Source: the human T2T-CHM13v2.0 reference genome, Homo sapiens. From it: 64,000 nt of DNA. The translations under genes and the position numbers were made by a program. Positions 36,288 through 53,072 of the stretch are shown one piece after another; position 1 is the first letter of the stretch, and each line of letters opens with the position of its first letter. Location of the stretch: NCBI RefSeq assembly GCF_009914755.1, contig NC_060940.1. One strand, written 5' to 3'. The notes under the pieces were generated by a model that was not told where the DNA came from, ran no database searches, and saw only the letters and a list, made by a program, of their open reading frames with translations.

Positions 36288-36986
36288 TGTAACTGCCCAA
36301 GGGGTTCACCTTGCTTGCTGCCTAGACAGAGCCGATTCATCAAGACAGCAGAATTGCGATAGAGAAAGAATAATTCACACAGAGCCAGCTATGCAGGGGA
36401 CCAGAGTTTTATTATCACTCGAATCAGTCTCCTCGAGCATTTGGGGGCAGAGTTTTTGAGGATAACTTGGTAGGTCGCGGGGGAAGCCAGTGAGCTGGGA
36501 GTGCTGATTGATCAGGGATGAAATCATCGGGAGTCGGAGCTGTCTTCTTGCGTTCAGTTGGTTCCTGGGTGGGGGCAGCAAGATCGGATGAACCAGTTTA
36601 TTGATCTGGGCAGTGCCAGCTGATCCATCAAGTGCAAGGTCTGCAAAATATCTCAAGCACTGATTTTAGGAGCAGTTTAGGGAGGGTCAGAATCTTGTAG
36701 CCTCCAGCTGCATGACTCCTAAATCATAATTTCTCATCTTGTGGCTAACGTTAGTCCTACAAAGGCAATCTAGTCCCCAGGTAAGAAGGAGGTCTGCTTT
36801 GGGAAAGGGCTGTTACGATCTTTGTTTAAACTATAAACTATAAACTATAAACTAAGTGTCTCCCAAAGTTAGCTCAGCCTACACCCAGGAATGAACACGG
36901 ACAGCTTGGAGGTTAGAAGCAAGATGGAATCAGTTAAGTTAGATCTCTTTCACTGTCTCAGTCATAATTTTGCAAAGGCGGTTTCA
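36288..36986 (-). mobile_element. LTR8 (ERV1) solo LTR in intron 5
   Basis: reverse complement begins TGAAACCGCCTTTGCAAAATTATGACTGAGACAGTGAAAGAGATCTAAC; 4-bp TSD gtaa on both sides. Confidence 0.87.
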
Positions 36987-37500
36987 GTAAGATTTTTTTA
37001 CAAAGAGGGGGGTTTATTTATAAAGGGAGTAATTATAAAGCTGTGACAGGCCTAAGGGAGCCATCAGGGACTTTCCAAGCCCTGGGCAAGCAGGTCTGTT
37101 GCCACCCCTGGGTTTATGGGTTGAGGAGAGGGAGAGCTCACCAGGGTCTGGAGAGAGTCATGTGGAGCTGGCTTCCTTCTGAGGAACAGTTGGTCTTTTG
37201 TGAAGGACATAGCTGTCCCCAAACAACCTCAATGGGAGAACACCCGGACCTCACTGCCCTCCTCCCTCTAGTCTTCTGTTGAGCCCCCTCATCTGCCAAA
37301 TCCAATGGGAATCCAGAGGGCAACAGAGTCCTGGTGATGGGGTCCCTGCAGGTTGACCTCCCAGGCCACAGAGCTGAGCGGCAATGGGTAGAAAGTGGAT
37401 TTGGGGATGGGGCAGAAGGCAGAGGAGCACATTCCACATCACTTTATATGTGTGTGCCCTTCCCTTTTCTAGAATCTACTCCTTTTGTATATCTGGCAAA

Positions 37501-37600
37501 TCCTTCCTTCCTTCCTTCCTTCCTTCCTCCTTTGCTTTCCTTTCCTTTCCTTTCCTTTCCTTTCCTTTCCTTTCCTTTCCTTTCCTTTCCTTTTTTTCTT
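37501..37600. repeat. (CCTT)n/(TTTCC)n simple repeat
   Basis: direct reading. Confidence 0.9.
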
Positions 37601-38090
37601 CCTTTCTTCCTTTTCTTCGAAGTCTTGCTCTGTGACCCAGGCTGGAGTGCAGTGGTGCGATCTCAGCTACTTTTTGTATTTTTAATAGAGATAGGGTTTC
37701 ACCATGTCAGCCAGGCTGGTCTCAAACTCCTGATCTCAAGTGATCCACCTGCCTCAGCCTCCCAAAGTGCTGGGATTACAGGTGTGAGCCACCTCGCCCA
37801 GCTGGGCAAATTATTTCCTGTTCTTCAAGATTCAGTCAAACATCACCACATTCCCTGATTCCCTTGGGCAGAATTAACGAAAATTTTCCATACCACTTTG
37901 TCCTTGTTTATTTACTTATTTATTTATTTTTAAGAGACAGGGTCTTTCTCTGTGGCCCAGGCTGGAGTGCAATGGCGTGATCATAGCTCACTGAAGCCTC
38001 AACCTTTTGGGCTGAAGTGATCCCCCACCCTCAGCCTCCTGAGTAGCTGGGACTACAGGCATGTGCCAACATGCCTGACTAATTTTTAAC

Positions 38091-38151
<61 letters not shown>

Positions 38152-38357
38152 TTTAACATGTGTATACATATATATATATACACACACGTTAAAAATTATA
38201 TATATATTATACATAATTTATATATATATTTAACATCTATATTTTTTATAGAGACGGGGTCCTATATTCTCATTGTTCAGCAGAGGGCTGACATGCAAAA
38301 AAACCCAAAACACCAAGTGTCAAATTACTTGATTCATACTCTTTTCCCCTTCCCCAG

Positions 38358-38488
38358 GGTGTCCTCAAGAGGATAGTGACATTGCCTTCTTGATTGATGG
38401 CTCTGGTAGCATCATCCCACATGACTTTCGGCGGATGAAGGAGTTTGTCTCAACTGTGATGGAGCAATTAAAAAAGTCCAAAACCTTG
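38358..38488 (+). CDS. ITGAM: ITGAM exon 6, start of I (vWA) domain with MIDAS motif DGSGS
   Basis: cag acceptor, gtgagg donor; encodes GCPQEDSDIAFLIDGSGSIIPHDFRRMKEFVSTVMEQLKKSKTL; DxSxS codons at 38396-38410; 131 nt. Confidence 0.97.
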
Positions 38489-38693
38489 GTGAGGGCCCAG
38501 GGGTAGGTTAGGGAAGAGCCCACACGGGGCTGGAAGATACATGGCAACCGGGCCACCATGTTCTCCTCCCAGTTCAACTGCAGACATTGCCAAATTGACG
38601 ATCGATTATGGTTTGCCTTCCTGAGTCTCTTTTCTGCTCTGTTGGATGCAGCCTCAGCATTCTTTCAGCCTTTTATAAAGCGGGCAGCTCTAA

Positions 38694-39069
<376 letters not shown>

Positions 39070-39250
39070 TAGTATTGAGGAGAGATGGGAGCTGCTGGCA
39101 GCTCTCCGTCCTGGTGAGGCAGGGGATTAGGGGCAGCACAGAGGAGGAATTTGGAGAGTGGAGTGTTTAAGATCTTCGTGGAGCTTGCTGGGAGATGTCT
39201 GAGGGGTGGGGGCACCTTCTCCAGCATCACACCAGCCGCCCCCTCCGCAG

Positions 39251-39396
39251 TTCTCTTTGATGCAGTACTCTGAAGAATTCCGGATTCACTTTACCTTCAA
39301 AGAGTTCCAGAACAACCCTAACCCAAGATCACTGGTGAAGCCAATAACGCAGCTGCTTGGGCGGACACACACGGCCACGGGCATCCGCAAAGTGGT
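39251..39396 (+). CDS. ITGAM: ITGAM exon 7 (I domain)
   Basis: cag acceptor, gtaagc donor; [49 protein letters not shown]; 146 nt. Confidence 0.97.
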
Positions 39397-39815
39397 GTAA
39401 GCTTCCCCTTTTCCCTTAGGATGGAGGGAGGAGGAGACACTTTTAGCTGGGCTTTGATGGATGAAGGGAGCCGTTCAGACAGGGGTGGTAGAGGATGCTT
39501 CCCCACCGGCAGAGGTGGGGAGGCTGTGCGTGGTGTGTTCATCAAAGGACAAGTTGTGAGTGAAAGGTGGGAGTGGAGTGGGGAAGTGAGGGAAAGGTGT
39601 CTGGAGGGAAGCTACAAAGATCAGCTCAGGCCAGGGAGCCAAAGGCAGCTTTACAGCCTGTGGTGAGATATCGCCATGTCTCATTTTGGGAAGTTCACTC
39701 TGATTTTGAGGTGGGTGTAGAGGCAAGGATGGGGTTGGGACAGAAGTACAAGAAGCACTGGAGAGTCCTAGAGGGGCTGGGGAGCTGGTGCAGTGCTCTG
39801 GGAGAGGTTTCCTGA

Positions 39816-40108
<293 letters not shown>

Positions 40109-40785
40109 TGACCAGGCTGGTCTTGAACTCCTGACCTCAGGTGATTCACCTGACTTGGCTTCCCATAGTGCTGGGATTACAAGTGTCAGCCATAAATATA
40201 TATATTTTTAAAATTCAAAAGTAATAATACTCAGTTAAAAAACCCAAATTATGCGAAAGTATAAAAACAAAAACCGTGAAGGCTTCCTTTCCCTTCCCTG
40301 CTGCTTTTCCAGGTCTCGGGGCAGTTGCATCTCAGTGCTAAGTCTCAGGGGAGACGGAGCCCCTCCGAGACCTCGCCTAGCTGTATCTGTGTCTGGGACT
40401 CTGCTGACATTTCCTTTCTGACGTTAATAGCATCTCTGGCTAGGTGCAGGGTCTCATACCAGTAATGTCAGCACTTTAGGAGGCCGAGGTGGGAGGATCA
40501 CTTGAGGCCAGGAGTTTGAGACCAATTGACAACATAGTGAGACTCTATCTCTAAAAAGATAAAAAAATAAACCAAGTGTGGTGGTACATGCCTGTAGTCC
40601 CAGGTACTCAGGAGGCTGAGGCAGGAGAATCACTTGAGCCCAGGAGTTCAAGTCTGCAGTGAGCTATGATTGTGTCTCTGCACTCCAGCCTGGATAACAG
40701 AGTGAGTGTCTATTTCTTAAAAAAAAAAAAAAACTAGTGTGTCATCTACTTGCATTTGACTTTGTCCCTCCTGTTTCCTGCACAG

Positions 40786-40939
40786 ACGAGAGCTGTTTAA
40801 CATCACCAACGGAGCCCGAAAGAATGCCTTTAAGATCCTAGTTGTCATCACGGATGGAGAAAAGTTTGGCGATCCCTTGGGATATGAGGATGTCATCCCT
40901 GAGGCAGACAGAGAGGGAGTCATTCGCTACGTCATTGGG
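40786..40939 (+). CDS. ITGAM: ITGAM exon 8 (I domain, ITDGE motif)
   Basis: cag acceptor, gtaggg donor; [51 protein letters not shown]; 154 nt. Confidence 0.97.
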
Positions 40940-41455
40940 GTAGGGAATGCAGCTCTCAGGTTGATGCTTCTGTGGAGGGTTTCTATGTGGATCCATCCTC
41001 CCTTCAATTTGCAAATATTATTAAAATCAAAGTGACATGAGAGCTAATGCTAGCTCATATACACCGTATCAGCTATCTGTTGCCACATCAATGCTGTGTA
41101 ATAAACTATCCCAAAATTCAGCAGCTTAAAATAATAAGTAAGCCTGTGGGTCAGCCTGCCAAGAGTTCTGGTCTCAATGGCCTTCCTCACTGTCATTAGC
41201 TACAGGTTGGCAGGCTGCTCTGCTGATCTTGGCCAGGCTCTCTCTGTTTCTGAGGGTTGCCAGCTATGTCATCTGCTGGACCAGATGGCCTTGGGTGGAA
41301 CCACTGGGGTGACTTGGCCCTTTGGCAACCTGGCTCTCATTCTCCAGGGCTAGCCTGGGCATGTCCTCATGGTGAAGGCAGGGGAGCAAGAGAACAGTGG
41401 AGATGTTGCAAGTGCTTTTTTACGCCTCTGCATCATGTTTGATAACATCCATGGG

Positions 41456-42455
<1,000 letters not shown>

Positions 42456-42969
42456 ATGGGCTAAAGCAAGACTCATGTCTGAGCCCAGAGGCAATGAAGG
42501 GGGCAGATGACTCCACCAAGAGCAGGAGGGCACAGCAGAGTGCTGGGGGAAAGGGCTTGGATACAGGAAGAGGCAAGGAGTCAGGATCATCAGTGTAATC
42601 AAACTACTACAGCACCTGCATGACACAGAAAGCGATATCACCATGGATACATGCCTTGGCACGTAGGACATACCTTCATATAAAGAAAAAGGCTCCCCTT
42701 CCTCTAGGGGGAGGTCAGCTCCATACCAGGAGACGTGGCACAGCAGATGGATCAGCAGCCGGGTTTCTGCCCCAACTTGCTTCCTTGGCACAGTGCCTTG
42801 TGCAGTGTACAACCTGCCCAACTATACCTGGCAACCCTGTCCCAGGGACCTTCTGATGCATTTCCTCACTTGATAAATAATGGTTCAGACTAGTTTCCTG
42901 CAGAATTGTCTTTGCCAGATGATATTGCTAGCCTCACACCATGATTTAGCCTCTGTTCCTTGGTAACAG

Positions 42970-43120
42970 GTGGGAGATGCCTTCCGCAGTGAGAAATCCC
43001 GCCAAGAGCTTAATACCATCGCATCCAAGCCGCCTCGTGATCACGTGTTCCAGGTGAATAACTTTGAGGCTCTGAAGACCATTCAGAACCAGCTTCGGGA
43101 GAAGATCTTTGCGATCGAGG
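42970..43120 (+). CDS. ITGAM: ITGAM exon 9 (C-terminal helix of I domain, KIFAIE)
   Basis: cag acceptor, gtgagt donor; [50 protein letters not shown]; 151 nt. Confidence 0.97.
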
Positions 43121-43618
43121 GTGAGTCAGGCATCTGTGTTCCCAGAGCAGCTCCAGAGGCAGCCCCCCACCCCAGAACATAGTCCCCTCTAGAATCCAGA
43201 CCTTCCTAACCCTTGGTATCCCCCAGCATCAACTCTCTCCACTTCCTACAGCTCCCAGTCCCAGCCTCACTTGGTCAATTCCTTTGAAGTCAAAGAATCC
43301 ATACTTTTATCTGTAATTTTGCAAATCTTGGCTATAGGCTGGTAAATTGGAGTATGGGGGAGTCAAATCCCACCCAGTATTTTAACAAAAATTTGGATGT
43401 GTTGCCAGCTGTCGTCTGTTCGGTTCTCTGTTGTATCCCAATTGCCTAGAATAGTGCCTGGTACTCAGAAGGTGCTCAATAAATGTTTGTTGAATAAAAG
43501 GAATTTAGAAATTGGGGGATTTCATAAACAGTCTGGGTTTATGGCTTATCTTGAAAAGCTGGAAGATTAGACACCTTGAAGACCGCATTCCCACTTGGCA
43601 GGATGTTGCTGGAGGTGA

Positions 43619-43880
<262 letters not shown>

Positions 43881-44091
43881 TAGCTGGGATTACAGGCGCA
43901 TACCACCACGCCCAGCTAATTTTTGTATTTTTAGTAGAGACGGGGTTTCACCATGTTCACCAGACTGGTCTCTAACTCCTGACCTCAAGTGATCTGCCCA
44001 TCTCAGGCTCTCAAAATGTTGGGATTACAGGCGTGAGCCACCATGCCCGGCCTTCTGCTTTCTTTAATATAGAAACTTCTCCTCTTTACAG

Positions 44092-44165
44092 GTACTCAGA
44101 CAGGAAGTAGCAGCTCCTTTGAGCATGAGATGTCTCAGGAAGGCTTCAGCGCTGCCATCACCTCT
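44092..44165 (+). CDS. ITGAM: ITGAM exon 10 (GTQTGSSSSFEHEMSQEGFSAAITS)
   Basis: cag acceptor, gtaagt donor; 74 nt. Confidence 0.96.
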
Positions 44166-44340
44166 GTAAGTGGCCCTTCATTAAATTGCGGGGGTGGGGC
44201 AGGGGGTAGCAAGAAGAGATAGGAGAGATGTGGGGGTTTGGGGACTCTTCTCTGTGATAGATACTTGGGAAGTAGCTCTGTGAGGGGCAGCGGTTGTCCC
44301 TTCTTCCTTCCTCATCAACCCTGTTCTACACCTTTCCCAG

Positions 44341-44470
44341 AATGGCCCCTTGCTGAGCACTGTGGGGAGCTATGACTGGGCTGGTGGAGTCTTTCTATAT
44401 ACATCAAAGGAGAAAAGCACCTTCATCAACATGACCAGAGTGGATTCAGACATGAATGATGCTTACTTGG
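44341..44470 (+). CDS. ITGAM: ITGAM exon 11 (NGPLLSTVGSYDWAGGVFLYTSKEKSTFINMTRVDSDMNDAYL)
   Basis: cag acceptor, gtaagt donor; 130 nt. Confidence 0.97.
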
Positions 44471-44780
44471 GTAAGTGGGGAGGGCAAGGGTTACTCTAAG
44501 AAGGGGTGAGGATTTGGCATAAGTCAACTAGCATAGATGTCTGGGTCTTGAATGAATGGGATACATATGTATGGGATACTAGCTATTAGTCTCTTGGGAT
44601 AGCTTTAAAGACAGAAACTTCAATTTTTTTTTTTGAGGTGGAGTTTCTTTCTTGTCGCCCGGGCTGTAGTGCAATGGCACTCGGCTCACTACAACCTCTG
44701 CCTCCTGCGCTCAAGCGATTCTCCTACCTCAGTCTCCTGAGTAGCTGGTATTACAAGAATGCACCACCACCCCTGGCTAA

Positions 44781-44903
<123 letters not shown>

Positions 44904-45387
44904 TGAGTAGCTGGAATTACAGGCATGTGCCACCATGCCCAGCTAATTTTGTATTTTTAGTAGAGATGGGATTTCTCCATGTCGGTCAGGCTGGTCGCGA
45001 ACTCCCAACCTCAGGTGATCCACCTGCCTCGGCCTCCCAAAGTGCTGGAATTACAGACGTGAGCCACCGTGCCTGGTCTTTTTTTGTATTTTCAGTAGAG
45101 ACCGGGTTTCACCATGTTGGCCAGGCTCGTCTGGAACTCCTGACCTCAGGTGATCCGCCTGTCTCGGACTCCCAAAGTGCTGGGATTATAGGTGTGAGCC
45201 ACCGCACCCGGCCAGAAACTTCTAAATTGAATTGTAATTATGTTCATAAAGAGAAATATAGCGTAGGGATCAGTTACCCCAACACAGCAAGCGTGGGGCT
45301 GCCCCAGTGCCCCTACTCAAGGGGTGGGTCTGCATGGTGGAGGAGGGGGCAGGGAATGCACTTCACCTCTCAGACCCCCACCTTCAG

Positions 45388-45530
45388 GTTATGCTGCCGC
45401 CATCATCTTACGGAACCGGGTGCAAAGCCTGGTTCTGGGGGCACCTCGATATCAGCACATCGGCCTGGTAGCGATGTTCAGGCAGAACACTGGCATGTGG
45501 GAGTCCAACGCTAATGTCAAGGGCACCCAG
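45388..45530 (+). CDS. ITGAM: ITGAM exon 12 ([48 protein letters not shown]); gene continues beyond the window
   Basis: cag acceptor, gtgagt donor; 143 nt; cumulative CDS 1356 nt = 452 codons, ends in phase 0; no further ITGAM exon found up to 64000. Confidence 0.97.
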
Positions 45531-45767
45531 GTGAGTGCGGTTTGTGGAGCATGAATGTGCAAACAGAGGCGCCCTGGGGTCTTAGAGATTCCAGGAGGGG
45601 CATTCAGATGACATGCATGGCCCTCTTGTAAAGGAGGCTTTGGGGGCTGTGAGCTGGGGAGTTGTGGGATCAGCTTAGCATTTGTGAATGCTGTGTCCTC
45701 AGCTTTTTTAACAATGATAAATAACAATGCTTGCCTGTACAGAGCTCTCTATGGGTCTTTCTGTACT

Positions 45768-46032
45768 CAGGGCTGGTATTCAACCCGTATATAACCAGGA
45801 TAGCCATGTTAGTTAATAAAATATTGAAACAATTCCGTATTCATTGATAAATGGTGGATTCCCCCTCACCCATGCACTCTGGTGCTTCCCCAGTCTCTGT
45901 GGGCTTCCCCATGATCCAGCAACTATGAGGTCAGGCAGGACACTTCACACACCCTCTAGGATCTGCTCCAGCCATGCCCCTGCTCAGTACCTGTGCAGCT
46001 CCAGCTGTTCATTATTTTGAATATCACCCCTG
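45768..46032. mobile_element. probable non-autonomous hAT-type DNA transposon
   Basis: 16-bp terminal inverted repeats cagggctggtattcaa / ttgaatatcacccctg (2 mismatches); no clear TSD. Confidence 0.45.
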
Positions 46033-46375
46033 CAAAAGCAGCATGGTCACATATTATGTGGGAACTAGCGAGTGAGGCAAAACTCTCTAGTCAAAATCAT
46101 TCTTGCAAATTCCTGAAATAGGACTGCACCCATGATATGGTGCCTATAGTTCTTTATTTTATTTTTATTTTATTATACTTTAAGTTCTAGGGTACATGTG
46201 CACAACATGCAGGTTTGTTACATATGTATACATGTGCCATGTTGGTGTGTTGCACCCATTAGCTCGTCATTTACATTAGGTATATCTGCTAATGCTATCC
46301 CTTCCCTCTCCCTCCACCCTACGACGGGCCCTGGTGTGTGATGTTCCCTACCTGGTGTCCAAGTGTTCTCATTGT

Positions 46376-50180
<3,805 letters not shown>

Positions 50181-50243
50181 TATGATGTTAGCTGGTTATT
50201 TTGCTCGTTAGTTGATGCAGTTTCTTCCTAGCATCGGTGGTCT

Positions 50244-51269
50244 TTACAATTTGGTATGTTTTTGCAGTGGCTGGCACTGGTTTTTCCTTTCCATGTTTAG
50301 TGCTTCCTTCAGGAGCTCTTTTAGGGCAGGCCTGGTGGTGACAAAATCTCTCAGCATTTGCTTGTCTGTAAAGTATTTTATTTCTCCTTCACTTATGAAG
50401 CTTAGTTTGGCTGGATATGAAGTTCTGGGTTGAAAATTCTTTTCTCTAAGAATGTTGAATATTGGCCCCCACTCTCTTCTGGCTTGTAGGGTTTCTGCTG
50501 AGAGATCAGCTGCTAGTCTGATGGGCTTCCCTTTGTGGGTAACCTGACCTTTCTCTCTGGCTGCCCTTAACATTTTTTCCTCCATTTCAACTTTGGTGAA
50601 TCTGACAATTATGTGTCTTGGAGTTGCTCTTCTTGAGGAGTATCTTTGTGGTGTTCTCTGTATTTCCTGAATTTGAATGTTGGCCTGCCTTGCTAGATTG
50701 GGGAAGTTCTCCTGGATAATACCCTGAAGAGTGTTTTCCAACTTGGTTCCATTCGCCCTGTCACTTTCAGGTACACCAATCAGACGTAGATTTGGTCTTT
50801 TCACATAGTCCCATATTTCTTGGAGGCTTTGTTCATTTCTTTTTACTCTTTTTTTCTCTGAACTTCTCTTCTTGCCTCATTTCATTCATTTGATCTTCAA
50901 TCACTGATACCCTTTCTCCACTTGATTGAATTGGCTACTGAAGCTTGTGCATGCATCACGTAATTCTCATGCCATGGTTTTCAGCTCCATCAGGTCATTT
51001 AAGGTCTTCTCTATGCTGTTTATTCTAGTTAGCCATTCGTCTAATCTTTTTACAAGGTTTTTAGCTTCTTTGTGATGGGTTTGAACATCCTCCTTTAGCT
51101 CGGAGAAGTTTGTTATTACCGATCATCTGAAGCCTTCTCCTCTCAACTCGTTAAAGTCATTCTCCGTCCAGCTTCGTTCCATTGCTGGTGAGGAGCTGTG
51201 CTCCTTTGGAGGAGAAGAGGTGCTCTGATTTTTAAAATTTTCAGCTTTTCTGCTCTGGTTTCTCCCCAT
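50244..51269 (-). pseudogene. disrupted L1 ORF1
   Basis: ATGGGGAGAAACCAG start at 51269; only the C-terminal 186 aa (KRPNLRLIGVPES...) remain open. Confidence 0.9.
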
Positions 51270-52345
51270 CTTTGTGGTTTTATCTACCTTTGGTCTTTGA
51301 TGATGGTGACATACAGATGGGGTTTTGGTGTGGAAATCCTTTCTGTTTGTTAGTTTTCCTTCTAACAGTCAGGACCATCAGCTGCAGGTCTGTTGGAGTT
51401 TGCCGGAGTTCCACTCCAGACCCTGTTTTCCTGAGTTTCACCAGTGGAGGCTGCAGAACAGCAAATATTACAAAACGGCAAATGTTGCTGCCTGATTCTT
51501 CCTCTGGAAGCTTCGTTGCAGAGGGGCACCCAGCCGTATGAGGTGTAAGTCGGCTCCTACTGGGAGGTGCCCCCCAGTTAGGCTACTTGGGGGTCAGGGA
51601 CCCACTTGAGGAGGCAGTCTGTCTGTTCTCAGATCCAAGCTGCGTGCTGGGAGAACCATTACTCTCTTCAAAGCTGTCAGACAGGGACATTTAAGTCTGC
51701 AGAAGTTTCTGCTGCCTTTTGTTCAGCTATGCCTTGCCCCCAGAGGTGGAGTCTACAGAGGCAGGCAGGCTTCCTTGAGCTGCAGTGGGCTCCACCCAGT
51801 TCGAACTTCCTGGCCGCTTTGTTTACCTACTCAAGCCTCAGCAATGGTGGACGCCCCTCCCCCAGCCTCACTGCCACCTTGCAGCTTGATCTCAAACTGC
51901 TGTGCTAGCGTGAGCAAGGCTCCATGGGCGTGGGACCCTCTGAGCCAGACGCGGGATATAATCTCCTGGTGTGCCATTTGCTAAGACCATTGGAAAAGTG
52001 CAGTATTAGGGTGGGAGTGTCCCAATTTTCCACTTACTCTCTGTCACGGCTTCCCTTGGCTAGGAAAGGGAATTCCCCAACCCCTTGCACTTCCCAGGTG
52101 AGGCGATGACCCACCCTGCTTTGGCTCATACTCTGTGGGCTGCACCCACTCTCCTACAAGCCCCAGTGAGATGAACCCAGTACCTCAGTTGGAAATGCAG
52201 AAATCACTTGTCTTCTGCGTCACTCACGCTGGGAGCTGTAGACTGGAGCTGTTCCTATTCGGCCATCTTGGAACCTCCTCTGCCTATAGTTCTTTAAAAA
52301 AAAAAATTTCAGGCAGGGCATGTTGGCTCATGCCTGTAATACCAG

Positions 52346-52792
52346 TGTAGCAGGACAAGCTGCATACAAAACCCCTCAGACACCGAGTTAAAGAAGGAAG
52401 GGCTTTATTCAGTCAGGAGCTACAGCAAGACTCACGTCTCCAAAAACTGAGCTCCCCGAGTGAGCAATTCCTGTCCTTTTAAGGGCTTAAAACTCTAAAC
52501 AGGTCCACGTGAGGGGGTCGTGATCGATTGAGCAAGCAGGAGGTACGTGACTGAGGGCTGCATGCACCAGTAAACAGAACGGAACAGAACAGGACAGAGA
52601 TTTTCACAATGCTTTTCCATACCATGTCTGGAATCTATACATAACATAACTGGTTAGGTCATGAGTTGATCTTTAACCAGACCCAGGGTGCAGCACAGCC
52701 CGTGGATTTAATTTCTGCCTTTTAGTTTTTACTTCTTTCTTTGGAGGCAGAAATTGGGCATAAGACAACATGAGGGGTGGTCTCCTCCCTTA
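52346..52792 (-). mobile_element. LTR2B-like (HERV-E group) solo LTR inserted in an Alu
   Basis: reverse complement begins TAAGGGAGGAGACCACCCCTCATGTTGTCTTATGCCCAATTTCTGCCTCCAAAG; 4-bp TSD ccag; host Alu resumes at 52793. Confidence 0.87.
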
Positions 52793-52909
52793 CCAGCACT
52801 TTGGAAGGCTGAGGCAGGTGGATCACCTGAGGTCAGGAGTTTGAGACGAGCCTGGCCGATATGGTGAAACTCTGTCTCTACTAAAAATAAAAAATATTAA
52901 AAAAAGTTA

Positions 52910-53055
<146 letters not shown>

Positions 53056-53072
53056 TCAATTAAAAAAAAAAT

